Shown here one piece after another: positions 9,507-19,048 of a DNA stretch of 64,000 nucleotides. A model generated the notes under the pieces. That model was not told where the DNA came from. It made no database searches and worked only from the letters and a program-made list of their open reading frames with translations. Both the position numbers and the translations under genes were made by a program. Within the stretch, counting starts at the first letter, position 1. Every line of letters begins with the position of its first letter. The stretch is taken from positions 96,001-160,000 of the forward strand of contig OZ219866.1 in the NCBI GenBank assembly GCA_964291675.2. Reading direction: 5' to 3'. Origin of the DNA: Alphaproteobacteria bacterium (GTDB lineage: Bacteria; Pseudomonadota; Alphaproteobacteria; MPNO01).

Positions 9507-9896
9507 GTGCGAATCCGCCAACTCGCCGCCTGCCGTGTCTGACCGCGCGATCGCGGGACGGACGGGCCGATACGCGCGAATCGGCGGACCGGCAACAAAC
9601 GGCCGGTCGCCCGGATTGCAGAGTGCCCGGTCCGAACCGGGCGGTGGGTCAGAGGTTGGCGATTCCGGTCCGGGCGGCACCTCGCGTGCCGGCCCGCCGG
9701 GGAACGGCGGACTCGGCATCGGGCGCCGACCGGACGCCGGCGCTCACCCGCCCGGACGGCGTTTCCCGATCGTTGCCGTCAAGGTGCGGCTTGCGGGCAT
9801 CGGTGGCCGCAAGATCGAGAACCCGTGGTGAAGCCGGTGAGAATCGGCAGCCGCCGAGACGGGCGCAATGGCTCCGCGCGGTGCGGCGCGAGACGA

Positions 9897-10633
9897 TCAG
9901 CCGCCGTCCCGCCGCTTCCGCTCGATCGCGCTCGCCTTGTCCAGCCGGTAGCGGACCCGGCCGCGCAACCAGTCGCTCGTCTTCCAGTGCTTCTCGACCT
10001 CGTCGAGGCCCCAATACGCGATCGCGATCTCGCGCTGCGACGCCACCTCCGCCCGGTTCAGCGCCAACACCATCAGCAGTTCCCGTTCCTCGCCCACCGA
10101 ACCCGCCCTTGCCGAGGGGCCGGACCCCCGGAGACGCTCCACAGATCCATCAGCCGGGCGATCTCAATCGGTAGTTCCAGCCCATAGTCGTGGTAGAGCC
10201 GGAGGCCGCCGCCGGCGAGCAGCGGACCCTCCTTCGTCACCAGGATCTGCACCGCCCGCCCGTCCTGCTCGATCTTGACGATCAGGGTCCCGTCGAGAAG
10301 CCGCAGCCCGTCGATGCGCGCGCCCGCATCCGCAAGCATCGGCAGGAACGGCCGCGCCTTCGACGACCCCTCGCCCTCCAGCGTTGGCTCGCCGGCCAGA
10401 AACGGCGAGGCCGGGCCGTCGCGCGCGAACGGGTTCTCCCACGCCGCGATCTGCCAGGGGTCGCGCGCCGCAAGGTCCGCTGCCGACTGGACGCGCACCG
10501 GAAAGGCGGTCTCCTTCTCATACGCCGGGGACTCAGAGTGCGCCTCGAACGCCTCCTGGTACGTCCGCAGGTTGCGCAGCAGCTTCCAGATGCGCGTGTC
10601 GCCGCCCGCCGCCGGCGCGCCCCCGCGCGCCAT
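9897..10633 (-). CDS. FseA-like transcriptional activator (DUF6499 N-term + DUF2285 C-term), split by a 1-nt frameshift at ~10075-10140
   Basis: ORF 10073..10633 has IWKLLRNLRTYQEAF and WQIAAWENP. ORF 9897..10142 has ASQREIAIAYWG..V.KHWKTSDWLRGRVRYRL (DUF2285-type). The span is 737 nt (3n-1). Confidence 0.7.
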
Positions 10634-10636
10634 GCC

Positions 10637-13600
10637 CTACCAGCGCGCCGTGAGGCCGAACCCGATGCGGTGCTCGGGCACGTCGCCGGCACCGTCGCGC
10701 CGCACCGCGTCGAGATGGAGCTCGAAGCCCCCGCCCCCCGCCGGGGCGAGCCGCCAGCCCAGGCGCAGCTCGCGCGCCGTGTCCGACAGCCCCATCCCGA
10801 CATGCGGCGTGCCCGTGAAGCCGCCGCCGAACAGCGCGATGCCGTAGCCCATCTCCGCGTCGAGCCGGCTCGACAGGGGCGCGTCGTCGTTCGCGGCCAG
10901 CCCGGACGCGTCCGGCAGCATCCACAGACGCTCCGAGCCGCCCGGGTCCGCGCCCCAGGACGGCGTGAGCGAGGCGGAGAGGCCGCGCCCGGCGGCGCCC
11001 GGCACCAGCCTGAGCGACCCCGACACGCCCCATTCGTCGTAGCCGCCCTCGGCATGCGCCGCGAGACCGTGCACCTTCAGCGCCATGTCGAGGCCCCGCG
11101 ACGGGTCCGCGTAGCCGAGGCCGGCCCCGAGCTCGAAGCCCGTCCCGGTCTCCGCGTCGCCCCCGTCATGGCGCAGCCCCAGCTCCACCGACGGCGTCAG
11201 CGCCGCGCCGCCCGCGAGCGCGAACGTCCGCGAGCCGTCGAGCACCGCCCGCAGCCGGCTCGCCTCGGCCCGCGCCGCCGCGAGGTTGCCCGCCTCCGGG
11301 GTCGAGACCGAGGCCGACTCCGTCCGCACCCAGAACGCGTCCGCCTTGAGCGCGAGCGCGAACCCGCCGGCTTGCGCCGGCGTCACGAGGTCGCCCCGCA
11401 CCCCCATCGCCGCCAGCGTCATCGAGAGGTCCGCGCCATAGCGCTCCGCCGTGGCGCCGTCGAGGTCGAGGGTGAGGCGCCCGGAGCCCGTCCCCGCGAG
11501 ACCCCACGCCGAGACCCGCTCCGAGAGCGCGACCCGCGCATAGGGCAGCATCGTCGTCACCGCGCTTCCCATGACATAGCTCCGGCCCGCGCCCCGCGCC
11601 GTGCCTTCGCCCAGGCTGTGGGTCATCGCGAACCCGGTCAGCAGACGGCCCCGCTCGTAGTCCATGCCCATCGAGCCGGTCGCGGTCTCGCCGCTCAAGC
11701 TGAGCCCCGGACCGGCGCTGGAGAACCGCGACACCGAGGCGCCCTGGCCCCAGCCCGTCCACTGCGACCCCGCGCCGCTCCCGAGCACCGCCCGGAACGA
11801 GGTCCCCATCAGCAACTCGCGCCCGCTCATCGTCCGTGAGGCGTCCCCGGACGGCTCACCGGACCACGACAGCCAGTCCGCGCCGCCGCGGCCGCCCGCC
11901 GGTGCCGGCGGCAGGCCGGACCCGGAGCCGTCGAGCGACAGGCGGTGCCCGCCCAGCGTGAAGTGCGAGCCCGCATCGCGCGGCGTCTCCAGCCGCGCCG
12001 TCACCGCCGCCACCGCGTCCGCCGCCGCCGCGCGCCCGAACCGCGTCAGCCAGTCCTGCTGCACGGGTCGGAGTTCACGATGGTGCCGGTCGCCTCGCCG
12101 TCGGCGATCGCCGCGCCCTTCGCCTTGCTCAAGCGCAGCGTGAAGGTCTCCGTGCCCTCGTCGTGCGCGTCGTCGAGCACCGGCACCGAGACCGTCTTCG
12201 CCGTCTCGCCCGCCGCGAAGGTGAGCGTTCCAGAGGCCTTGCTGTAGTCCTTGCCCGCCTTCGCCGTGCCGTTCTTCGTCCGGTAGCGCACCGTCACCTC
12301 ATCCGACGCGGCGCGCGAGAGCGTCACCGCGAAGTCGAGCGTCGCGCCCGCGCCCTCCTGCGCGCTGGCGTCCGCCACCGAGAGCCCGGGCGGTCCCTGC
12401 ACGGTGTGGGTCAGCGCGCTCCCGAGCTTGCGCCCGTCCGCGGTACAGATGGCCCCCGCGGCCGCGCAGTCCGCCGTCGCCGGCAGCGCCACCGTCACCG
12501 GCCCGTGCGAGGAAGGCTTCACCGTGAGCGCCCACCGGTCGCCGCGCCGGCCCACCTGCCGCACACGCTCCAGCGTCCCGCCCGTCACCCGGAACGCCGC
12601 CGCATCGGCGTTGCCCGCGACCGGGGCCGAGAACGCCACGCGCAGCGAGAACTTCCCCTTGCCACGGTGCTCCGACGGCGCCGCCTCGAAGCGCGCCGTC
12701 AGCGGCGCCAGTGCCTGCCGCGCCGCCGTCGCGTTGGTCACCGCCCGCCCCGAGATCCGCGCCACGTCGCCCCGGGGGCCGCGCAGCCTGCCCGGCCCCG
12801 AAGGCGGCAGGTAGTCCATCGTCACCGCATCGCCCGCGCTCACCGCCGGGCTCAGCGCCAGCGTCACCGTCCGACCGCTCACCGCCACCGACGAGACCGC
12901 GTGCTCGGCCCGCGTCGACTTCACCGAGAAGGCGCTGCCCGGCGGCACCGCCGAGGCGTCCAGGTCCGCGTCGAACGCCAGCGTCAGCGCCGCCCCGTCG
13001 ACCCGCGCCGACGACACGCCGGGCGGCGCCGACTTCTCGGGCGGGTTGCCCTGCTGCCCCGACGGCCCCCCCGGCGTGCCGGCAGTCGTCGTCACCGTCG
13101 TCTTGTAAGCCTCAATGTCCGGCTTGCCCTTCGGCCCGAGCACCAGCACCCGCACTTCGTACTCGGTGCTGTGACGGAGACCCGGCAGCGTCACCCGTGG
13201 GTGCGCCGCATTCGTCGAGTGCTCCTTGCTACCCCACCAGAGGGTATTGCCCTTGTAGCGCCACTCGATGCGATAGGCGCAGTGCTCGTGCGCGTTCGCC
13301 GCCCGCCACGTCACCTCCAGCGACGTCCGCTCGGCCAACGTGCCGTGTTGGTCCGTGTACCGGGTCAGCCCTCCCTTCGTCACCTTGAAGTCCGTGAGTC
13401 TCAGGCCGTAGATGAACTTGGTTGCCGTCAGGCGCAACGACACTCGCTGCCGGTCCTTCCAGCCCAGCCCGGTCCCCGCCCAATAAGCGCTATTACCCGA
13501 CGGGATTATGTCGTCGTAGGCAAACGGAACGCCATCCACCAACAGCGTCAGCCCGGCAAGTTTACTCCTGGCGTAAGCGCCAGAAATTCCCGTGAACCGA

Positions 13601-13986
13601 ATGGAAAAATCGCCGTTTGCTGAGGTCCAATAGAGGGCTTCTACGGTGAATGTGGTGCCTCCATGCGTGAACTCGTGGTCCGTGAGGGCAACCGAGCAGT
13701 CGTCTTGACTGGAGGCAGAGTCGTCGCAACCGTAGACGCCGAAGTCCCGGTCCACCGTCAGCGTCGTGGACCAGAGGGTCTGCGCCTGGGCCGGCGCGGC
13801 GGCGAACAGGGAGAGCGCGCCGAGCAGCAGAGCGAGGACGGGCAGGAGAAGGGCGAGGCGGGCGCGCCCGCCGCGCGGGTCAGGCCGGGAGCGGTCCCCG
13901 GGCGGCGTCGGTCCCGACGACGGACACCGGGACGGGGCGGAAGCGGCCGATCGGTGCGCGCCGGCCTCGCGCCGGGCGCACGTCAT
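10637..13986 (-). CDS. Large autotransporter/adhesin (signal peptide, FN3, SwmB-like, Calx-beta, C-terminal beta-barrel), split by a 1-nt frameshift at ~12064
   Basis: ORF 12046..13986 (AQAQ signal; FN3 LRHSTEYEVRV; Calx-beta GTAKAGKDY..GTLTFAAGETAKTV) plus ORF 10637..12064 (WLTRFGR, LGLRHDGGDAETG, terminal ARW). One added base gives NSDP-x-QQDWL. Confidence 0.85.
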
Positions 13987-14370
13987 GCCGCTGGGCCGCT
14001 GGGCCGCTGGGCCGCTGGGCCGCTGGGCCGCTGGGCCGCTGGGCCGCTGGGCCGCTGGGCCGCTGGGCCGCTGGGCCGCTGGGCCGCTGGGCCGCTGGGC
14101 CGCTGGGCCGCTGGGCCGCTGGGCCGCTGGGCCGCTGGGCCGCTGGGCCGCTGGGCCGCTGGGCCGCTGGGCCGCTGGGCCGCTGGCCGCTGGGCCGCTG
14201 GGCCGCTGGGCCGCTGGGCCGCTGGGCCGCTGGGCCGCTGGGGCTGGGCCGCTGGGCCGCTGGGCCGCTGGGCCGCTGGGCCGCTGGGCCGCTGGGCCGC
14301 TGGGCCGCTGGGCCGCTGGGCCGCTGGGCCGCTGGGCCGCTGGGCCGCTGGGCCGCTGGGCCGCTGGGCC
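13987..14370. repeat. Tandem octamer repeat (GCCGCTGG)n, ~48 copies, two imperfect units
   Basis: Read directly. A 7-nt unit at ~14186 and a 6-nt unit at ~14241; the array abuts the autotransporter ATG. Confidence 0.97.
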
Positions 14371-14372
14371 TA

Positions 14373-14404
14373 ATTATACCACCGGGGGACCCTGGCGAAG
14401 TCAA
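14373..14404 (-). promoter_or_regulatory. Candidate sigma70 promoter: extended -10 TGGTATAAT, with TTGACT 20 bp upstream
   Basis: Perfect TGnTATAAT at 14381-14373, placing a start site at the edge of the repeat. The -35 spacing is non-canonical. Confidence 0.55.
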
Positions 14405-14566
14405 CAGAAAACGCATGTGTGATCCACCCATCGAACCCTCCGCTCGCATGCTCAACGCCCCCCGTTGCACCCCGCTCGGGCCGCCGGACCGTTCCGACCG
14501 GGCCGGCCGCATCGCGGCGACCGGCCGGCTCCAACCCGAACCATAAGACAGTTGGCTGAAATCGTT

Positions 14567-14584
14567 CCTATCAATGCTGATAGG
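14567..14584. promoter_or_regulatory. 18-bp palindrome CCTATCA-ATGC-TGATAGG (lux-box-like CT-N12-AG)
   Basis: Perfect 7-bp arms in an AT-rich patch; 21 bp from TAnnnT hexamers on both strands. Confidence 0.65.
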
Positions 14585-14856
14585 TTTTGGTAAAAAATTT
14601 TGCGCTAATGTCTCGCGGCCCGCCGGCGCCCGCCTTGCCGCCGAATCGCCGCCATGCTCTTTGTCCCCCAGCAAACCCGCCACGAGTTGAACTTGCCGCC
14701 GCCAGTTTCGAGAATGGACACACCCGGTAGGGTCAAGTCGCGACGAATCGCCGTCGCCGGACGCCCGCATGTCGCAGGGGCGCCGGTCGCCCGGCCCGAC
14801 GCGGCGACCGAGCCTGCGCAGCCGACGAACGGAAACACCGCGCCGGGGGGAACGGC

Positions 14857-16008
14857 TTGAGCGAGCGCGACGCCTTCGACGCCATCCTGGCCGCCCTGCA
14901 CGAGGCGGCCCTCGACGACGCAAGCTGGCCGGCCGCCAGCGGGCTGGTCGACGAAGCCTGCGGGATCAAGGGCAACCTGCTGACCCATGGCGCGGGCGCG
15001 TCCCCCGACGACCACGTCGTCTACCTGCACCGCATCTGCTTCCGCGGCGAGCGCTGGCCGGACGCCGAGCGCGGCTATTTCGAGGAGTACTTCGCGCAGG
15101 ACGAGCGCGTGCCGCGCCTGCGGGCGCTGCCCGACAGCCGCCTGGTCCCCGCCGCCGAGCTCTTCACCGACGAGGAGAAGAAGACGTCGGCGGTCTGGAA
15201 CGAGGCGCTGCCGATCATCGGGATGCAGGACGGGCTGACCGTGCGCCTGGACGGCCCCGGCGGGTCGCGCATCTTCTGGAGCCTCGCCGACCCCGCCGAC
15301 GGGAACGGCTGGCCGTCCGCGCGGATCCGCACGGTCGAGCGTCTGCTCCCGCACCTGCGCCAGTTCGTGCGGGTCCGCAAGGCGCTGGCCGACGCCGACG
15401 GCCTGAACGCGTCGCTTGCGGCGCTGCTCGACAGCACCGCCGCCGGGATCCTCCAGCTCGACCGGCGCAGGCGGATCGTGGCGGCGAACGACCGCGCCCT
15501 CGACCTGCTCAGGGAGCAGGACGGGCTCCTCGACGAGGACGGCTTCCTGCACGCCCCCGCGTCGGCCGACGACCACCGCCTCCAGCTTCTGCTTGCGCGG
15601 GCCCTGCCGCCACTCCCCGGCGCCGGCGCCGGCGGCTCGCTGGCGCTGACGCGCCCGGCCGGCTCGCTCCCGCTCGTGCTGCACGTCATCCCGCTCGGCC
15701 CGCGCGAGGACGGCATCTCGCCCGCGCTGGCCGCGGCGCTCGTCCTGGCGGTCGACCCGGGCGCCCGGCCGCCGGTCGATCCCGCGCTGGTCCAGGCGGC
15801 GCTCGACCTCTCGGCGGCGCAGAGCCGGGTGGCGGCGCTGCTGGCCGAGGGCAGGTCCGTGCGCGACATCGCCGTGGCGATCGGGCGCAGCGAGAACACC
15901 GTGCGCTGGCACATAAGGCGGATCTTCGAGAAGCTGCACATCACCCGGCTGGCGCAGCTGGTCCAGCTGGTGCGCTCGCTCGCCGACCCCGCGGCCGCCA
16001 ACTCGTGA
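14857..16008 (+). CDS. LuxR-family transcriptional regulator with N-terminal sensory (GAF/PAS-like) region
   Basis: C-terminal LSAAQSRVAALLAEGRSVRDIAVAIGRSENTVRWHIRRIFEKL; PAS-like ILQLDRRRRIVAANDRA; TTG start. Confidence 0.88.
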   Translation: MSERDAFDAILAALHEAALDDASWPAASGLVDEACGIKGNLLTHGAGASPDDHVVYLHRICFRGERWPDAERGYFEEYFAQDERVPRLRALPDSRLVPAAELFTDEEKKTSAVWNEALPIIGMQDGLTVRLDGPGGSRIFWSLADPADGNGWPSARIRTVERLLPHLRQFVRVRKALADADGLNASLAALLDSTAAGILQLDRRRRIVAANDRALDLLREQDGLLDEDGFLHAPASADDHRLQLLLARALPPLPGAGAGGSLALTRPAGSLPLVLHVIPLGPREDGISPALAAALVLAVDPGARPPVDPALVQAALDLSAAQSRVAALLAEGRSVRDIAVAIGRSENTVRWHIRRIFEKLHITRLAQLVQLVRSLADPAAANS

Positions 16009-17270
16009 GTTCGATGCGCGAGACCGTGCGGTTCCTGCTCGCCCACGCGGCGACGGCGGGGGAGCGCCGGCGGACCGGCGTGGCCTGGAACCCGCTGTCC
16101 CCCAGCATGGCCCAGGACCCGTATCCCGTCTATGCCGTCATGCGCCGCCGCAGCCCGGTGCACCGCAGCCGGCTGGCGAACGCCTGGCTGTTCTCGCGCC
16201 ACGCCGACGCCGACGCGATCCTGCGCGACCATCGCCGCTTCGCCAGCGACCCGCGCAAGGGCAGGCTCACGCGCCGCCAGCAGGCCATGCTGCCGCCGGC
16301 GGAAGAGTTCACCATGCTCTCGCTCGACCCGCCCGACCACACAAGGCTCAGGGCGCTGGTGAACAAGGCGTTCACGTCGCGCGCGGTCAACGCCATGGAG
16401 GCGCATATCCGCGCGACCGCGGCCGCGCTCCTCGACGAGGCCGACGCCGCCCAGGGCTTCGACCTCATGACCGCGCTCGCCCAGCCCCTGCCGGTGATCG
16501 TGATCGCGGAGATGCTCGGCGTGCCGCCCGGGGACCGGGACCGGTTCAGGCTCTGGTCGGACCGGCGCGCCCGCCTGCTGGAGCCCACGGTCAGCGCCCG
16601 CGAGCGCGCCGTCGCGATGCAGGCAGGTCGCGACTTCGACTCCTATTTCCGGTCGATCGTCGCCGAGCGCCGGGCCGAGCCCCGCAACGACATCCTGAGC
16701 GCGCTGGTGCAGGCGGAGGACGAGGGCGAGCGGCTGACCGAGCGCGAGACACTCAACATGCTGCGCCTGCTCGTGATGGCCGGCAACGAGACCACCACCA
16801 ACCTGATCGGCAACGGCATGCTCGCGCTGCTGCGCAACCCGGACCAGCTCCGGCGCCTGCGCGACGACCCGGGCCTCATCCCCACGGCGGTGGAAGAGCT
16901 GCTGCGCTACGACCCGCCGGCCCAGGCGTTCTTCCGGCGCGCGGTCGCGGACTGCGAGGTGAACGGCTTCGCGCTGCGCAAGGGGGACAACATCATCCTC
17001 CTGATCGGCGCCGCCAACCGCGACGAGCAGGCCTTCGACGACCCCGACCGGCTCGACGTCGGCCGCGCCGAGTGCCCGCACCTGAGCCTCAGCCGGGGCA
17101 TCCACTACTGTCTGGGCGCCCAGCTCGCGCGGCTCGAGGCCCGGATCGTGTTCGAGATGCTGCTGGAGCGGTTCCCCGAGATCGAGCTGCTCGACGACCG
17201 GCCCCGGTTCCGCAGCGGCGTCGTGCTGCGCGGCCTCGAGTCCCTGCCGCTGCGAGGCGGCCGCGCCTGA
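16005..17270 (+). CDS. Cytochrome P450
   Basis: DPPDHTRLR, I-helix AGNETT, EELLRY (ExxR), heme motif LSRGIHYCLG. GTG overlaps the luxR stop (alternative ATG 16014). Confidence 0.95.
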   Translation: MSSMRETVRFLLAHAATAGERRRTGVAWNPLSPSMAQDPYPVYAVMRRRSPVHRSRLANAWLFSRHADADAILRDHRRFASDPRKGRLTRRQQAMLPPAEEFTMLSLDPPDHTRLRALVNKAFTSRAVNAMEAHIRATAAALLDEADAAQGFDLMTALAQPLPVIVIAEMLGVPPGDRDRFRLWSDRRARLLEPTVSARERAVAMQAGRDFDSYFRSIVAERRAEPRNDILSALVQAEDEGERLTERETLNMLRLLVMAGNETTTNLIGNGMLALLRNPDQLRRLRDDPGLIPTAVEELLRYDPPAQAFFRRAVADCEVNGFALRKGDNIILLIGAANRDEQAFDDPDRLDVGRAECPHLSLSRGIHYCLGAQLARLEARIVFEMLLERFPEIELLDDRPRFRSGVVLRGLESLPLRGGRA

Positions 17271-17455
17271 GCGCCTCGCGCAGACCGGCAATACCCCGTC
17301 AAATCTGGCCGTTCTCTGCGACCTCTATGGACATGTGCGGGCGCCCAAGACCACGCCGGTCAAGCGTCGTCTCAAACTCGGCCCTGGACGTTTGTCCCCG
17401 CACTCCGGCAACCGAAACTGGCGGGACTCCATTCGTCCCGGCGGGCGGTCGGCGA

Positions 17456-18727
17456 TCAGGCGAGTACCAGCCTGTCGAAGTCTATCGCTCCTCCCTCCGC
17501 AAGACACTTCAGGATACCTCGGCGGCACAGGTCACGGCCTTCATTGAAATTCTCCACATCCGATGACGATGGTTCGGAGTTGCGGTTGGCATGGACTACG
17601 TCCGACGCCTTGCCGTAGACCTTGTGGAGGAGCTTCCGGTAGCGAAGGCGCTCCTCAAAGCCGTTACCCAGATGCAGCGCTCCGTGGATCGATAGCCGGA
17701 ACTGCAACTCCCGGCCGTCGGCGTACAGAGCCTCCAAAGCGATCCTGAGGTCCACCAAGCGGTCGTTGTACGGCGCGCTGTCGTCACGCGCCTCGCGCCA
17801 GCGGTGAATCGCCGTGTCCAGCCGGTGGGCTCCCGCCGCCTCGCGATGTCTGTAGATGCTCGCCGCCTCGCTCAGCTTGTCCGCCGAGAGTTCGACGTAT
17901 GCCCCGCTGTGCGATGGAATGCCGTGGAATGACATGTTCGTAGGCTGGCAGACCTCCCGCAGTTCCTCACCGTAGTCCCACCAGCACGCTGTCCATCGAA
18001 CGCATTGGTCGTGAGCCAGCGACAGCGCCTCACAGAACCTGTCGATGTCGAAGTCGGGTATGGCGACCTGACGTTCGGGCGGCCAGGGCGCCGAATCGGC
18101 CACGGGTTTGCAGATTCCAGGCAAGGCCGACTGGTACTCGACAGTCAGGAGGACCTTCCCAAGGTACAAGTCGTAGGACTGAAGGAATGCGGCCGCCATC
18201 TCCGGGTACAGGCGGACAAGTTCATCCGTGGATCGGGGCATGACGGACAGCCTGAGGCCGTCCTGTCCCCGCACAGTCGCGGGGCTCCGATCGGCTGGAT
18301 GCGCGTTGAGGAGGTACAGCTTCCAGTACGAAAAAAGCTCACCGCCCATCCATCGGTGCAGCTCGTTGACCACCCACTCTGGTCCCAGGATCGCGCCGCT
18401 GCGAAGCAAGTGCTTGGCAAGTGCATTGAGTGGAATACTTGAGTGTCCCTGAACCGGGAGAATGAGGCCGAACCCGATGTGGTCCTCGTCGTCCAGATAG
18501 TCGGCGAGAAGATTGCGTAGCGCGTCGACCAGTTCAACCATGGCGGGATGGGTGTGTTCGATGTCGGTAATCAGGGCCCGGGGGCGAAGACCCGCCTGGT
18601 AACGCGTGCGCAGTGTCGTTGCGTCCACATACGACACCGGCGTCCCGTATTCGACGATGCCGAACCGGCATTGCGCGACGGCGGCCGCGAACAGTTCTGT
18701 TATCTCCGCGCGAGTGGGAATGGCCAT
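17456..18727 (-). CDS. ApeA-like HEPN domain protein
   Basis: C-terminal DLRIALEALY...ELQFRLS...VYGKASDVVH pattern typical of ApeA-type HEPN domains. Confidence 0.6.
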   Translation of the reverse strand: MAIPTRAEITELFAAAVAQCRFGIVEYGTPVSYVDATTLRTRYQAGLRPRALITDIEHTHPAMVELVDALRNLLADYLDDEDHIGFGLILPVQGHSSIPLNALAKHLLRSGAILGPEWVVNELHRWMGGELFSYWKLYLLNAHPADRSPATVRGQDGLRLSVMPRSTDELVRLYPEMAAAFLQSYDLYLGKVLLTVEYQSALPGICKPVADSAPWPPERQVAIPDFDIDRFCEALSLAHDQCVRWTACWWDYGEELREVCQPTNMSFHGIPSHSGAYVELSADKLSEAASIYRHREAAGAHRLDTAIHRWREARDDSAPYNDRLVDLRIALEALYADGRELQFRLSIHGALHLGNGFEERLRYRKLLHKVYGKASDVVHANRNSEPSSSDVENFNEGRDLCRRGILKCLAEGGAIDFDRLVLA

Positions 18728-19048
18728 GACGGTGTCCTCGGATGTTCCCGATCCGGATGGAGTCTCTTACACGGAAGGACGATGGTGGACCAATAGACGA
18801 TGGAGCGCCGCCCGTAGGCACCCGCGCCGCCTTCGGCCGGGGACTCTATCGCCTACGCGGTGCCTGCCCGAAGCTTGTCGGGAAACCCTGCTGACCGCCA
18901 AACGATTCCTCGTTCGCCAGTATCCGTTCGGCGGCCGGGGGATGCGATGCAAGACCGCTCGCTTGGGTCCGCCCCCAGGCACTCTTGATGACCCATCACC
19001 CGGCAGGCGAAGCCGGTTGTTGAAGCGCGATGCCGACCGGAGGTGGTG

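Noticed and set aside
9838-9850. Cobalamin riboswitch (GCCGGTGAGAATC)
   Set aside because: Only the T-loop-like piece matches; no GGGAA/B12 box and no downstream gene on that strand.
121-13900. Many long + strand ORFs (e.g. 5410..7551, 10190..11839, 12163..13623)
   Set aside because: Antisense shadows of recognisable minus-strand genes in very GC-rich DNA; Arg/Pro/Ala-rich with no motifs.
13987-14370. CRISPR array, or repeat-derived proteins (PLGRWAAG)n on the + strand
   Set aside because: Contiguous 8-bp units without spacers and no cas genes. The + strand ORFs are by-products of a stop-free repeat.
14769-17270. 833-aa P450 fusion protein
   Set aside because: The N-terminal half is an alternative frame over the luxR gene. 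The P450 starts at the GTGA overlap (16005) or ATG 16014.
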